In this document: in pieces, positions 40,253 to 52,697 of the stretch
Position numbering within the stretch: position 1 is the first letter of the stretch
How the letters are laid out: the number at the start of each line of letters is the position of its first letter
NCBI RefSeq assembly: GCF_037042905.1
Contig: NC_087245.1
Span: forward strand, 13,766,001 to 13,830,000
DNA length: 64,000 bases
Reading direction: 5' to 3'
Source: Lytechinus pictus
Taxonomy: Eukaryota
Notes under the pieces: generated by a model
Seen by the model: the letters and a program-made list of their open reading frames with translations, nothing else
What the model was told of the DNA's origin: nothing
Databases searched by the model: none
Made by a program: the position numbers and the translations under genes

Positions 40253-41193
40253 GTAAGAAAATCAGCCACCCTTGAAAATGGCCTAGTATCTGTTAATAAA
40301 AACCCCTTTTTATTGGGCGGCATTGTTAAATGAAGTATTGGTGTAAAAGATCAGTTGATGAAGAGTTGAAATTTTATTTAAAAAAATGCAATCTAATTAT
40401 TTTGTTGTTATGGACTTTTCACTACAATTCACTATATTTGAGCCAAAAGAAATAAAAATCATACAAATAAATCACATATCATCTAAACTGCTCACAGCTT
40501 TAATTAAATTTTTTTACAAAGTAGTGCAGATATGCAACAATAATTATGATACATCCAATGTGCAACATATTCAGCTTTGTACACATTTTTACAAAGCACT
40601 GGCGTTGTTATTAATAGGTTTGGTAGTACTTTTGCCATAAGATACTCCACACAAGCCTTCCAGGGAATTTCTTCATACAAAGTACCCATTACCAGTGTAG
40701 AGCTACATTCCAAGTGTGTGTCAATATGTAATACTCTACAGATATTTATTTTTATGGGGGGGGGGGGGTAAGGTGTCTAGTAATGACTGCTTGTATGCAG
40801 GGGCGAATCCAGGATTTTCCAAAGGGGGGGGGCACATTTTCCAGAGGAAAATTTTGACAAGCAAAAAAAAAAGTTTTCCAAAAAAAATAAGGCCATTTCG
40901 TCCACAAAAACATTTGACAAGCAAAAAAAAGGGTCTTCACTTTTAAAAGGGGGGGGGGGGCACACTACTGTTTTAACAGCATTTTTACATTACAAATGTT
41001 AATTGTGCCTCTCAAAAGGGGGGGGGGGGGCACAGGCCGGCTTTGCTCCCCCCTGGATTCATCAGTGCTTGTATGCATTTTTTTTGGGGGGGACACGCTA
41101 TTCGCATTTGACAAAGAGTGTAATGATATAGCACTAATTCCTACATTGCTTCAGAATGAATGATATGAGTGACTTTGCATGTGTTATTTTCAG

Positions 41194-41271
41194 GGTATCA
41201 TGCATAAGACAAAGCCAATCTTCACAGCTCAGTTCCACCCGGAGCATAAAGGAGGACCAACAGATACAGAG
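41194..41271 (+). CDS. CPS1: CPS coding exon 9 (HPE motif)
   Basis: [26 protein letters not shown]. Confidence 0.95.
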
Positions 41272-41644
41272 GTACGTATCCACCAATAGCATATATCATA
41301 CAAGATTCAGTAATGTAACTACATGGGATGGATACCATGTACAAAATTTTGAAATCCTCTGTAAATATTAATAATATCTTTTGATGGGCACCCTTGGGCC
41401 ATTAGGTGTATATGTGTGTTTGTTGGGTTTTTACAAAGAGGTATGTATCAGATGTGATCATCTATGTCTGGTACTGACCTTTAATGTCACCATCCGAAAG
41501 ATATGAAAAAGCAATGCAGGCAAACTGCTCGGCGGGGTCTGAGTGCGGTGGCTAGGTTTTCAACGCTGGTCTTTCATGTGTATGGTGATTGTTTTGTAAA
41601 ATGTATGTTTGAAGTGTAGGAAGAAATTATATACTATGTTTCTT

Positions 41645-41807
41645 CGCTCTAAATTCCACTAACAAATCGAATGACCAACTTCAACCCTGGGTTTAACACT
41701 ATACCCTACCCTAAACCTAACATACAGCCCGATTGCAAACCTGAACATACCCCTTCATCTTGGACGAAATTAAGCCTGGAGCAATCGTCGCAGGAGCAAA
41801 TGTTACC
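41645..41807 (-). mobile_element. Partial copy of the small element that hosts the hAT insertion at 54.5-56.8 kb
   Basis: Reverse complement matches 54496-54550 and 56677-56750. Confidence 0.7.
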
Positions 41808-41861
41808 TATTATTTACTTATATTTTGGATGTATTGTTTGTATTGTATTACTAAAACATTC

Positions 41862-42089
41862 GGACCGTATTTTCAAAAGAGGTTTCAATTGTACCATGAT
41901 ACAACACATTGGACTAAGCAGATTTATTTCATTAACGCGCTTCATTTTAAGAGCTCTTTGCCGAAAGCGCACATTTAATTGGATTTAACTTTGTGTACGC
42001 TAAGAAATAAGCGTAAGTATGTGAAAAATCTGCATAGACCATGGTTTTGTACCATGGTACAATTGAAACCTCTTTTGAGAAAATGGGCC
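41862..42089. mobile_element. MITE with ~40-bp TIRs
   Basis: GGACCGTATTTTCAAAAGAGGTTTCAATTGTACCATG / CATGGTACAATTGAAACCTCTTTTGAGAAATGGGCC. Confidence 0.8.
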
Positions 42090-42240
42090 TGGAAGTTTGC
42101 TAAAGACCAGGAGATGATACACATGCTTACGATTCGAAACGTCTCCAAAGACTGACTCTTCTTTACACCTTGAGACATTCAAGACTGGTTTTTTTTTTTC
42201 CATGAATCTCATTTTTGTTTCCACCTTAATCTCTTCACAG

Positions 42241-42438
42241 TTTCTTTTTGATAATTTCATGGACATGGTCAAAAGTGGCAAGACCATGAAAGACCTTGAA
42301 TCCAACTTCAAAACATCGGGAAAGAGAGCAGAGAAGATTGAAGTCTCCAAGGTTCTGGTTCTAGGATCTGGAGGATTGTCCATTGGTCAAGCGGGAGAGT
42401 TTGATTATTCGGGCTCTCAGGCCATCAAGGCACTTAAG
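42241..42438 (+). CDS. CPS1: CPS coding exon 10
   Basis: [11 protein letters not shown]...[30 protein letters not shown]. Confidence 0.95.
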
Positions 42439-42808
42439 GTCAGTAAAGAGACTTCTTTAGCAACAAAGCCTCGGAAAATTTAACATACAGAGTCTATGGG
42501 AAATTGGTTTTCAAAATCATACATGTTCCCAAGTTCACTTCCTTTCCATCTATCCATTGATATTTATGTAGTTTTCCTTGATGTTTCTCTTCCCTACTTC
42601 TCTATGTCCAAGGCCTATCAAAACAAACCATTCTTTTATCTGTCAACTAAAGGGGATCAAGTCGATTTGTAGTTAACAAGGGGGCGATGGAAAGTGGTCT
42701 GGGTGTGCATTACCCCAAGTTAGTGAGACACAGTATGGCAAATGCCTTATTAATTTTTTTTTTTCAGAGCAAGAAATCAAGGTAAATTGTCATATTTGTT
42801 TTTTGTAG

Positions 42809-43045
42809 GAAGAGAATGTTAAGACTATCTTGATGAATCCAAACATAGCCTCGGTTCAGACCAATGAGTATGGTGAGAAGCAGGCCGACAGTGTCTACTT
42901 CGTACCCATCACACCAGAATTTGTCACCGATGTCATCAAGCGGGAGAAACCTGATGGGATCCTGCTTTCCATGGGAGGCCAGACTGCTCTCAACTGTGGG
43001 GTGGAGCTGTATAAAAGAGGGATCCTGCAGGAGCATGGAGTACAG
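42809..43045 (+). CDS. CPS1: CPS coding exon 11
   Basis: [19 protein letters not shown]...[24 protein letters not shown]. Confidence 0.95.
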
Positions 43046-43604
43046 GTGAGATAGGGCTCCATATAAGAGCGAGGGAAGTAAATGTGGAAACAGATTCAGG
43101 TGTAAATGTTGGTTCCTGCCTTTAATTTGAGGTAGAACATCTCAACTGTGGGCGGGAGCTCTATAAACAGTGATCCGAAAGGAACATGGAGTAAAGGGGA
43201 GATGTAATCCATGCTAACTGGGAGAAAAGAAGATAGTGGGATGAAATTCAGGTGGGAGGGTTGGATCCACCTTTTTACTGGAGGCCACATTACCCTGTGC
43301 TTTATAGCTCTATAACACAGGGATCCTTTTGTGATCTTGCAGGAGCATGGAGTACAGGTGGAGTTTGGGATCCATGTTTCAATATGAGACAAAGGAATGA
43401 TTTATCTGTATTTTCCCCCTTGTTTGGATTAAGGTTTTCTATTGGAAAATACATTAAATTGCTCTCATCAGTCAGGCTAGGTACAGAGATCCTTCAGCTG
43501 ACTACATTCTTTCCCAGCGTATAAAGGACCTTTTCTTGCCTCACCTAACAGTCTAAATGCACAGATATCAAATTATGCTTTGTATTTAACTTCATTAATG
43601 GCAG

Positions 43605-43715
43605 GTGTTAGGTACTCCCATTGAATCTATCATGGCGACCGAGGATAGACAGACATTCAATGATAAACTCATGGAGATTAATGAAAAGATTGCTCCCAGT
43701 GTGGCCGTAGAAACC
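43605..43715 (+). CDS. CPS1: CPS coding exon 12
   Basis: [37 protein letters not shown]. Confidence 0.95.
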
Positions 43716-44216
43716 GTAAGTACACTTAATGTTTCTACATGAAACATTATTCTTGTAATTTCTCTGGATTGTAATAAAAAAATAGTATGATAAGTAATTA
43801 TTATGCAACATTTTATTGAAAATGTTAATGTCAATTTGTACCATTCAGCATGTCCCTTTCTTTTTATTGTTGTAAGCCAAGTCAACACAGCTTCATACAG
43901 TTGCTAGGTGAACATTTCTGTTTCATCTCCATTAAAAAGAACATTACTGCATCGTATCATGTTACTTCTACAAGGTTTTTAAATGTTTGCAGATGTTCAT
44001 TTGTTGATGTTGATTTTTTTGTATAATTATAAAGGCTTTGAATATATTCATTTAAGGCAGCGCATATTTGTATTTACTTGATTTATATTTTGTTGAAACT
44101 GAAATAAATGAAAATGAAATGAAAGTATGAAATGAAATATTTCTCACTCTATCATTCAGTTATGTTTTCCAAGCTTTTGAGACCAAATATATGATTTCTA
44201 CTCACCTTCACCATAG

Positions 44217-44345
44217 GTATCTGATGCTCTTGATGCTGCTAGGAAGATTGGTTATCCAGTAATGGTGAGGGCAGCTTATGCCCTTGGAGGCCTGGGGTCA
44301 GGGGTCGCAGAGAATGAAGAAGCTTTGAGAGCTATAGCAACAAGG
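44217..44345 (+). CDS. CPS1: CPS coding exon 13
   Basis: [29 protein letters not shown]...ATR. Confidence 0.95.
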
Positions 44346-44826
44346 GTAAGTCTCCTATGGTTTCATCTCCTTTCTGTATTCCTTGCTCTTGTTATCCTGT
44401 GTATATTGATGTATTTTATCATGCCTGTGGATACTGTACATGTAGGTGGTTGCCAGAGGTTTTCTGTTTGGGGTCGTCCATCCAAATGTTCCGTTTTTGT
44501 TATCATGTTATGAAATGTTTTAAATAGAATACAAAATGAAATGACTGGATTCTATTTACAGTTGTCTTATCTTCAAGGGAAATCCAAGTTTGGTAATAAA
44601 ATGGTTCATGTGAAAGGAAAAAAAATTATAATTATTTGTCCAATTGTATTTAAATTGTCATCTATCTACTTCTCCTAATTTTTTCCTTTTGAAACATTTT
44701 TTTATTTATTTTGGGTTGGATTTCCCTTTAAGGTTCTTTGTCCTATTTGTCCTACCAGCTCATTACCTCGTTCTGTATCGACTAGAAATAGATTAATTAC
44801 ATAGATTGCATTATTTACTTTATCAG

Positions 44827-44971
44827 GGTTTAGCTTTGTCTAATCAACTGTTGATAGAGCAGTCTCTACTAGGATGGAAGGAGGTTGAGTATGAGGTGGT
44901 CCGGGATGCATCAAATAATTGTGTCACGGTATGCAACATGGAGAACTTTGACCCTCTAGGAGTCCATACAG
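44827..44971 (+). CDS. CPS1: CPS coding exon 14
   Basis: [27 protein letters not shown]...[13 protein letters not shown](G). Confidence 0.95.
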
Positions 44972-45090
44972 GTGAGTGGCAAGATAAATCAAGACCAAGA
45001 ATTCTTGTGAAATAGAGACTGGTCATCAACAATTTCTGAAGGAATCTTCATTTTTACAGAGAGTAAATCAGTTGTTTGATTCATTACTAT

Positions 45091-46870
45091 TGTCGCAGTA
45101 CAGGACCAGAGTACAACAATGAGGACCAGAAATACGTGATGAGTGCAGTTCTGTTATTTATTTCATTGCCGTATATTCTCGGCTGTAGTTGTACCTATCT
45201 CGCAGTATTTACAAAGCGACAAGAGGAACAAATAAAAAACCCTGAAAAATACAATCAAGAGAAAAGGTGTCATAAGATTTTGGCTCATAAAAATATGACA
45301 GAATTAACTTTCATAGGTTACTTGAAGGCAAATATTAACATGCAGTTACATGTTTTATAAACTCAGTAACGATGATTACAACATGGTATATAAGTTGCAT
45401 ATCAAATTATCAATGCATGAAGTTATCCTTTCAACTGTATACCAATCTATGCTGTTCTATTGATTACTTAATAAACCTTGAGTTACATCTCGACTTCATT
45501 TGTGTTTACACGAGAGCTTGTTTACATTTTGTCTTATTACCAAATTTATGAACATCATCTGAACTACCAAATCCATGCATGCCTAACATCACGATTTCAA
45601 GATCCATTTATAATTCAATAAGAGGAAAGAAATCATTGTGCTTCAAATAAAGTCAAATGACTCAAACACTCAACTGTATAGCATAACCTAAATTAGAGCA
45701 TATAACATTTCTTGTATTTCAAGTGTGACAAAGAGAAATAAATTCATATATCCATTCTACTGAAACGTACCCAAGGGCTCGAAGACAACACACCCACTGA
45801 GCAACCGTCTAAGAGGTACCAATCTCACTGCAGAGTCACTGTCCTTCAATAAAACATGTCAAAATAAGCAAATGACTACATAGAAATATGAACTCTTTCT
45901 TTCACTTAATTGACATTACATACCTACTCAAGCTTATGAACCCGAAGTATATAGTCTCCAAAAACCTTGTAACAACTTTGCCTAAACAAGATGTATTTCT
46001 CAATAAAAGTTTTCCTTCTCACCACAGCAATATCTAACTCACGGGCGCCGCCATCTTTATTCTATTGTTTACATCTGTAGCGCCATCAACGCTCATGTGC
46101 CTACGGCAAGTCTCATCTGAGATTAAACCCATACCTATATTGTACCTGATAAATCTCTGCATTTACTCATCTTCTGTAACATAAATAAATATAACTATTT
46201 CTGTGATTCTTTCTATCATTGGTTACTCACTAAAATCTACTTAAAATCTCAAATCTCTCTTTACAAAGTACCAAGAATATTTTCCAATAAATCGTAATAA
46301 AACCTTGTGGTATCAACGGGATTTCTGACACTCAAAAGCATTTCCCAATTCTTCAATGCAATATGAAGAAATTGTATCTACTCTAACAGTAAGGCATGTT
46401 ATGCAACTAATCTTCCATAATTCTTTTGGATCCTTCACATTTCCAGATATTAACACCAAAATGTTTGCATAATTTGTAGAGTAACACTATAAAATATTTA
46501 AGTTCACTTACTCACTAATACTGCTTTGAATTAAGACACTCAAACTTCGCAAATGAGTCGCAACCTTGGACATTGCACCGTGCTACGTCTGTTAACGACC
46601 TTGGCTCGAACTCGTGTGGCTCTGTCTACGCCCAATGCCACAGCACATGCATCAGACGCATTCCACAAGGGCAGTAACTTAATTTACATACACAATTTAA
46701 TTTGCATGCATACAAACAAAAATCTCTTTCAGACTAACTAATTTGCATGTGCGGTAACCCAAAATGTCAAAGGGGATAATTAGCATGCTCATTTAGTCAA
46801 ATACATGCGCACTGAGCAAATACATGTACAAACAAATTCAAAGAGCTACAAAATAGTCAATTTTCCTACA
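45091..46870. mobile_element. Probable solo LTR (1.78 kb, Gypsy-like 4-bp TSD)
   Basis: CTAT|TGT ... ACA|CTAT; non-coding, compositionally distinct from the flanking intron, contains ATTTGCAT and GCCGCCATCTT motifs. Confidence 0.6.
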
Positions 46871-47126
46871 CTATGTTTTTACAAATAAATGGCACTTCGC
46901 TAGTCATATTATTTCTACAGTTTGTTATTTTTTGGGAAAAGTAACATCATGAATGTGGCTTTATCCAACTCTTGAAAATGATCAATATGTAAAGAGAAAA
47001 ATGGCTTTTGACAATTTATTGTAGTAATATAAATAGAAGAGAATTCATGTTTACAATCTATTAAATGATATCTTTTATCAGTAAGCAAGTCTAAGATGCA
47101 TTAGCATAATACCGTCAACAGACATT

Positions 47127-47196
47127 GCAGTGATGAATAATTATCTGTCAATCCACAGAAGTCATTTGTGTTGATACATCCGTCCTTATTCTGAGC
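47127..47196 (+). ncRNA. Intronic C/D-box snoRNA, copy 1 (18S rRNA 2'-O-methylation guide, SNORD110-like)
   Basis: Box C gTGATGA at 47130-47136; guide ATCTGTCAATCC at 47143-47154, complementary to conserved 18S GGAUUGACAGAU; D' CAGA; C'-like TGTTGA; box D CTGA at 47191-47194. Paralogue at 57.7 kb. Confidence 0.85.
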
Positions 47197-47851
47197 TTTG
47201 TGTGATAAATTATGCATATTTAGCTATTGGGCTCTCAGCGGGTTTTGTAAAAGTTTGGTCTAATGCCCTTTCATATTATTGTCTAATCCAACAAACACCT
47301 TGGCTGCACACATGTTCTTATTGCTGTCTGGTCTAATTGTCACCTTGGCTATCTTTAAATGATCTAATTTGCCACTTAATTTGCTTTATAGTTCACCTTA
47401 TAATGTGAATGACTTCATTAATGTTGCTCAACTAATTGAGTATTTGACGAAATGGGTTTTCCTCCCTGGAAATCAGATCAAATGGTGAGTGACATCACTG
47501 GCAATAAGAAGGTGGGTTAAGACCAAACAGAAATTTGCCAACATGGGATTAGACGAATTGGCAATTCACATTCTGTCTAGTCTGAATTATTATGTAGAAC
47601 CATATTTCTTTAATTTATTTTAAAACAAATGACATAATATGCATAACAAATTATGTATTCATAAACAAAGTGTATCATGATCAAATTAACTATCTAACAG
47701 AAGTATTTAACACAAGGTACACTACAGAATGTTATATAGTTGATATATAGAGAGAACCATAGGAGTTGTTGGTCATTCAGCTCAACATAGAATAAACCTT
47801 GTATGACCTTTGAATTTGGAATTGAATTGAATTGCTTGATTGCATCCACAG

Positions 47852-48062
47852 GTGATTCCATCGTGGTTGCCCCGAGCCAGACCCTCTCCAACCAAGAGTA
47901 CCACATGCTGCGAGAGACGGCCATCAAGACTGTCCGCCATCTTGGTATCATAGGAGAGTGTAACATCCAGTATGCTCTTCACCCATCATCCCTGGAGTAT
48001 TGTATCATTGAGGTGAATGCCAGGCTCTCTAGGAGCTCTGCTCTAGCCTCTAAGGCCACAGG
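47852..48062 (+). CDS. CPS1: CPS coding exon 15
   Basis: [11 protein letters not shown]...[19 protein letters not shown]. Confidence 0.96.
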
Positions 48063-49177
48063 GTAAGGACTTTCTCAAGACAGAGGGCGCTTGGTATGCA
48101 TTGTCTTTGACTACCATTTATTCTCCCTATTATCAATCTCTACACTATCAGATTTTCATATAGGAAACAGAGAGGTAATTGAGACCATGAGAAGATTTAC
48201 GTTAGGAGTTTATTGAGAGCCTCTTGGGATGTTGAGTCGTTTAAGTTGTTATAGAAACGTCTTTGACTGCCACTAGACATTGAACTATGTGCCAAAGATA
48301 CAATATCCTTTGATTGTAATTTCAAGCTTTTGTATCTTTCACTCAGTTTCTCATTGCCATTTATGTTTTCTCTAAGACCTGTCTTATCAGTTATCTTGTC
48401 TTATGATTTCTCACTCACTATTGTGCTATAACTAACTTTCTTCTTGTTTTCCTCCTATTTAAATCTCAATCTCTGCACTATCAGATAATTAAGAGCATTT
48501 ATGAACATTTTTATAAAATGTGGTTTTATTTGTTAGTGGTTGTTTCTTTTAACCACCACTAGAAATTGGTGATATAACACTGATGGCGTTCAGTCATCCT
48601 CATCAATTTATTAGGCTGTAACACGACCCAGACATGCCAACCATTCCCTTTTTAGAGCATTTGTTCTTCTTATTTGCTACAAATATGCCAATACTTTTTT
48701 GTATGATTTGTTACTTTTTTAAAAATTTCCGATCATGTAGTATGTATTATACACATCGTGCAACACTAGCGCTAGTTGGACAGTCCCAGGCCGGTAAAAA
48801 TCACTGTCGGGCCTGTAACTTGTTGCATGAATAGAACAAGTTTAAAATGGTGAACTATCAAGCTTTCAAGTAGAGTCATTTCACATGTGTTTTCATCGAT
48901 CTCACTACAACAGGCTGGTGATTTTTATGTTGAGAAAATTTGTAAAAAGTACTCTTTTTTGTCAAAAAATACCTTTTTTTCCTTCTAAGAATACTTTGTT
49001 TTGTTGTAGAAGGTTGGCAGGTCTGATGTCACGTTAACTCATGATGTTCTTACTCCCATTTGTTTGTTTTTTAGTATGTAGTAAGGATAGTACTTCACCT
49101 AATGGCTGCAGACACAGCAGCACAACCACACCTAGATTCATAGTATGCCTCATTTTTCATTCAATCCTGCTTATTAG

Positions 49178-49376
49178 CTACCCGCTGGCCTTCATTGCCG
49201 CCAAGCTTGCCCTGGGTATTGCCTTACCGGACATCAAGAACAGTACCACCCAGGCCACCACAGCATGCTTTGAACCTAGTCTGGATTACATCGTTACCAA
49301 AATCCCTCGCTGGGACCTGGACCGTTTCCATGGTACCTCCAAGCAGATCGGCAGTGCCATGAAGAGCGTCGGAGAG
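49178..49376 (+). CDS. CPS1: CPS coding exon 16
   Basis: [13 protein letters not shown]...[21 protein letters not shown]...MKSVGE. Confidence 0.96.
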
Positions 49377-50240
49377 GTTAGTCAGTGATGTGTATATGAA
49401 TCATCTTGTTTGTAAACAAATGGCAATTTCTTTATTATAGAGGTTCAAATGTTTTTACGTAAAGTATTTTGTTAGTGATTTGGAATGAATACTGAATTTT
49501 TAATGAATGAAATGTATTTAAAGTGCCAAATTGCTTTGGAATGAATTCCAAATTCATTGCAAATTGAGGTTGATAACAATATTGATATGAGATCAACAAT
49601 GAATTTTGCTTTCATCCTTCCATGGAATCTCATATATGCAATTTTCACTTCAGTGTCCATATAAAAACTTCAAACAGTTTCCAGGAAATACTTAAATGAT
49701 TTTATTGTAAATTTTCATAAAATGTATTTTGTTTAGTTTGATCTACTTCAGTATAATAATATTATCATCTATGCACAACAGTAGAACTCGACTTTGGTAC
49801 AATCCAGGGAAAAATTTGAATTCTTAAGTTTGTTAACAGTTTTGGTCATTGGGGAAGGACTTTTATTTTAAACTTCTAATCCTATGTAACAACCTGCTCC
49901 ACAAAGTCATTTTGTGTATATAGTGATATTAGAATGATTAGCAAATCATGATTTGATACCAGAAATAAATACATATGTATGGTTGAAGTTTTGTCATCAT
50001 TTCTTTGTGAATTTGATTTGTTTTTTCATGACCATAATTTTTTTTGTACCAAATTTTTTTTAGGGGGGGTGCTGAACACCTGTAAACCCCCCATGCGTAC
50101 GCTTCTGTTTCTGATACATTAATAACCTTGAATCCTCCTAGTTGTACATGTATTATTTTACATCTTATTCCCCCCACCATATCATATACCGATTATCAGT
50201 GATCCCCCAAAGACCACCCCTATTTGTTTACCTGCCATAG

Positions 50241-50411
50241 GTGATGGCTATTGGACGTACCTTTGAGGAGAGTCTTCAGAAGGCTCTTCGTATGATTCAT
50301 CCATCCATCGATGGTTTCACCCCAGACCTTCCCAGTGGCAAGACGTTACCTGGTAACCTAGAGGAGGAGCTTAGAGTACCATCCAGCAACCGTATCTATG
50401 CTATTGCCAAG
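50241..50411 (+). CDS. CPS1: CPS coding exon 17
   Basis: [18 protein letters not shown]...RIYAIAK. Confidence 0.95.
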
Positions 50412-51069
50412 GTAAATAACATTTTTTTAAATATATAAGTTGTATATTCCAATAGTGAACAGTTGGAAAGAAAGCTGGAAAGTGGTTTATGTTAGAGCAA
50501 TCCATTGCTTCACATAGACCTTCTTAAGTAATTTAATAATATAAATCAATTATATTTATAGTGGATCAGTGGATATGTTTATTACTGTCTTGTTAATGAA
50601 CAAATTGTGTATATGTGCTGTGATTTTGAGAGATGAATTAATATGTTCTTATGCCCTGTCTTTATCTCATGTAGATAATTATAGTGAACAGTGAATCTAC
50701 TGCTATTTATTGATTTTCTATGTAATTATGATTTTTTTTATTTATTGAATAAGATAAGTGCAGTATATTGTATTGTGGCAATAGCTCTGAGTTGTCTCCA
50801 TTTATAAGACGCGATTGATTTTATTTCTTAATGCAAACAATAGAGCACCAAAGCAATGATGTGAGCCTTTTGTTAGAGGATAGCAGTGGTTGCAAACAGA
50901 AATCCTTTCATGAGCAATGCGTCAGTGAGTGAAAACTGAGCCCTTTAAAAATATTTAGAATAAGTCACTATAAGGGTAAATGGCTACAATGTCTTATTTT
51001 GGCTGTCTATTGGTAATTAATATGAGTAAACTTACCAATCATTTTGAGTGAACCGTTTCATTTGTCCAG

Positions 51070-51188
51070 GCATTCCAAGATGGTTTCTCAGTGGATAAGA
51101 TCCATGATTTGACAGCCATTGATAAGTGGTTCTTACACAAGCTAGACAAAATCAAAAGCATTGATGATGAGCTGGGAGAATTCAATGC
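51070..51188 (+). CDS. CPS1: CPS coding exon 18
   Basis: AFQDGFSVDKIHDLTAIDKWFLHKLDKIKSIDDELGEFNA. Confidence 0.93.
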
Positions 51189-51636
51189 GTAAGTAATCCA
51201 TAAACTCTCTTTTATTGTGACTTGTCATTTTCAGGATTTGGTAGCTGTGTTGAGTCCTTTTTTAATTTATTATATTTTTTAAAACTGTTCAGACATGATA
51301 AGACAAATTGCTCTTTTGATATTTTGTTCACCCTGTTGTATACAGCATATTGCACAGGATATTCCTTATTTATGTTTTCAACTTGTATAATGTTATAAAT
51401 ATTTAATATGTTCCTTGTACTGTGATATTTACTTGTAGTTTTCACTTGTTACTTTTTTCAGTTATTCCAAAACACAGCTCATTGGAACCTGTACTAGGAT
51501 GGCCCTGAACTGTATTTGTCTGACTTCTTTGTTGAAAAACCAACAAACAAATAATTGGGCTTAAATTTTTTTTTTTTAGTAATCATGATCTTAGTAAATA
51601 GTGATTATCTTTATATTTGCATCTGAATTCTTTCAG

Positions 51637-51778
51637 TGAAACCGTACCTCGCACCACACTACTGGAAGCTAAAGGTGCTGGTTTCTCTGACAAACAAATC
51701 GGCAAGAAGATAGGGCTCTGTGAGACTGATTCTAGGAAACTCAGACTTTATCATGACATTGCTCCATGGGTCAAACAG
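51637..51778 (+). CDS. CPS1: CPS coding exon 19
   Basis: ETVPRTTLLEAKGAGFSDKQIG...IAPWVKQ. Confidence 0.93.
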
Positions 51779-52252
51779 GTATGTGCCTGATTTTCAATCA
51801 ATAAAGTTCTGCTTGGTTTACACCCACTTTGCCAGTTTGGTCTCAGCCCGTATGGTCTGATATGTTTTGTCTACAACCAGCTCATCTAATTTTTACTCTG
51901 CTGGTATAGAAATGATTTCATCAAAGTTCAAGTTCAATAGGTTTGATTTATGTATAAATATTCACTTGATCAAACACCGGTCTGAAGTCTATGTAATTGG
52001 ACTTGGTACAGTAATAAATGGTCATTAGACAGATTGGGACATATTAAGTGGCGAATTATTTGATAATTTTCATTGAATGATAATTTGTCGAAAATCTAAT
52101 TTTTCTTTGTTCCTTGTCACTATATATTGGAAGCAAAGTGTGGAATCCTACCACAGCAAAATGGAAGAAAAGAAATATCAATGCGAATCTAAACCAATTA
52201 GCAAGTAGACCTAATTAATTATAGGTCAAGTGATTTACAGTTTAACTCTGAA

Positions 52253-52402
52253 AGGTTTCCATGATGAAGAGTGAATCAATGCAGAGACTCCATGGTGCAC
52301 CATGTATTCTTTTGTGTGCTCTGTGTGATCCTGGAGAGGACCACCCAATCTTAATATCATTTTGACTAGTATGTTCTTGCCATCTTTAGAACTGAGAAGC
52401 CT
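52253..52402 (+). ncRNA. Candidate long intronic C/D-box RNA
   Basis: Perfect box C ATGATGA (52261) and box D CTGA (52392), closed by a 7-bp terminal stem AGGTTTC/GAAGCCT; internal CTCCA...TGGAG hairpin. No target identified. Confidence 0.5.
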
Positions 52403-52631
52403 CTGCATTGGCAAATGCAATTGGTTTAATCCTTTCCAACCTCTCCTCTTGTAGAGAGACTTTGTTATTTTTAATTTATATCGCAAAGAATCATTAAGCT
52501 TTCTAAATATGTATCACTTTGAAATTGTCTTCTTCACAGTATTCACTATTGTAAGGTTGACAGTCCTGAATTCGAGATGGGAATTATATGTATTTTATCT
52601 ATTTTTTATTATTTTGTTTATCTTTGTTTAG

Positions 52632-52697
52632 ATTGACACTCTGGCAGCCGAGTATCCAGCTAAGACAAACTACCTGTATTGCACTTATAATGGCATG
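52632..52697 (+). CDS. CPS1: CPS coding exon 20
   Basis: IDTLAAEYPAKTNYLYCTYNGM. Confidence 0.95.
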
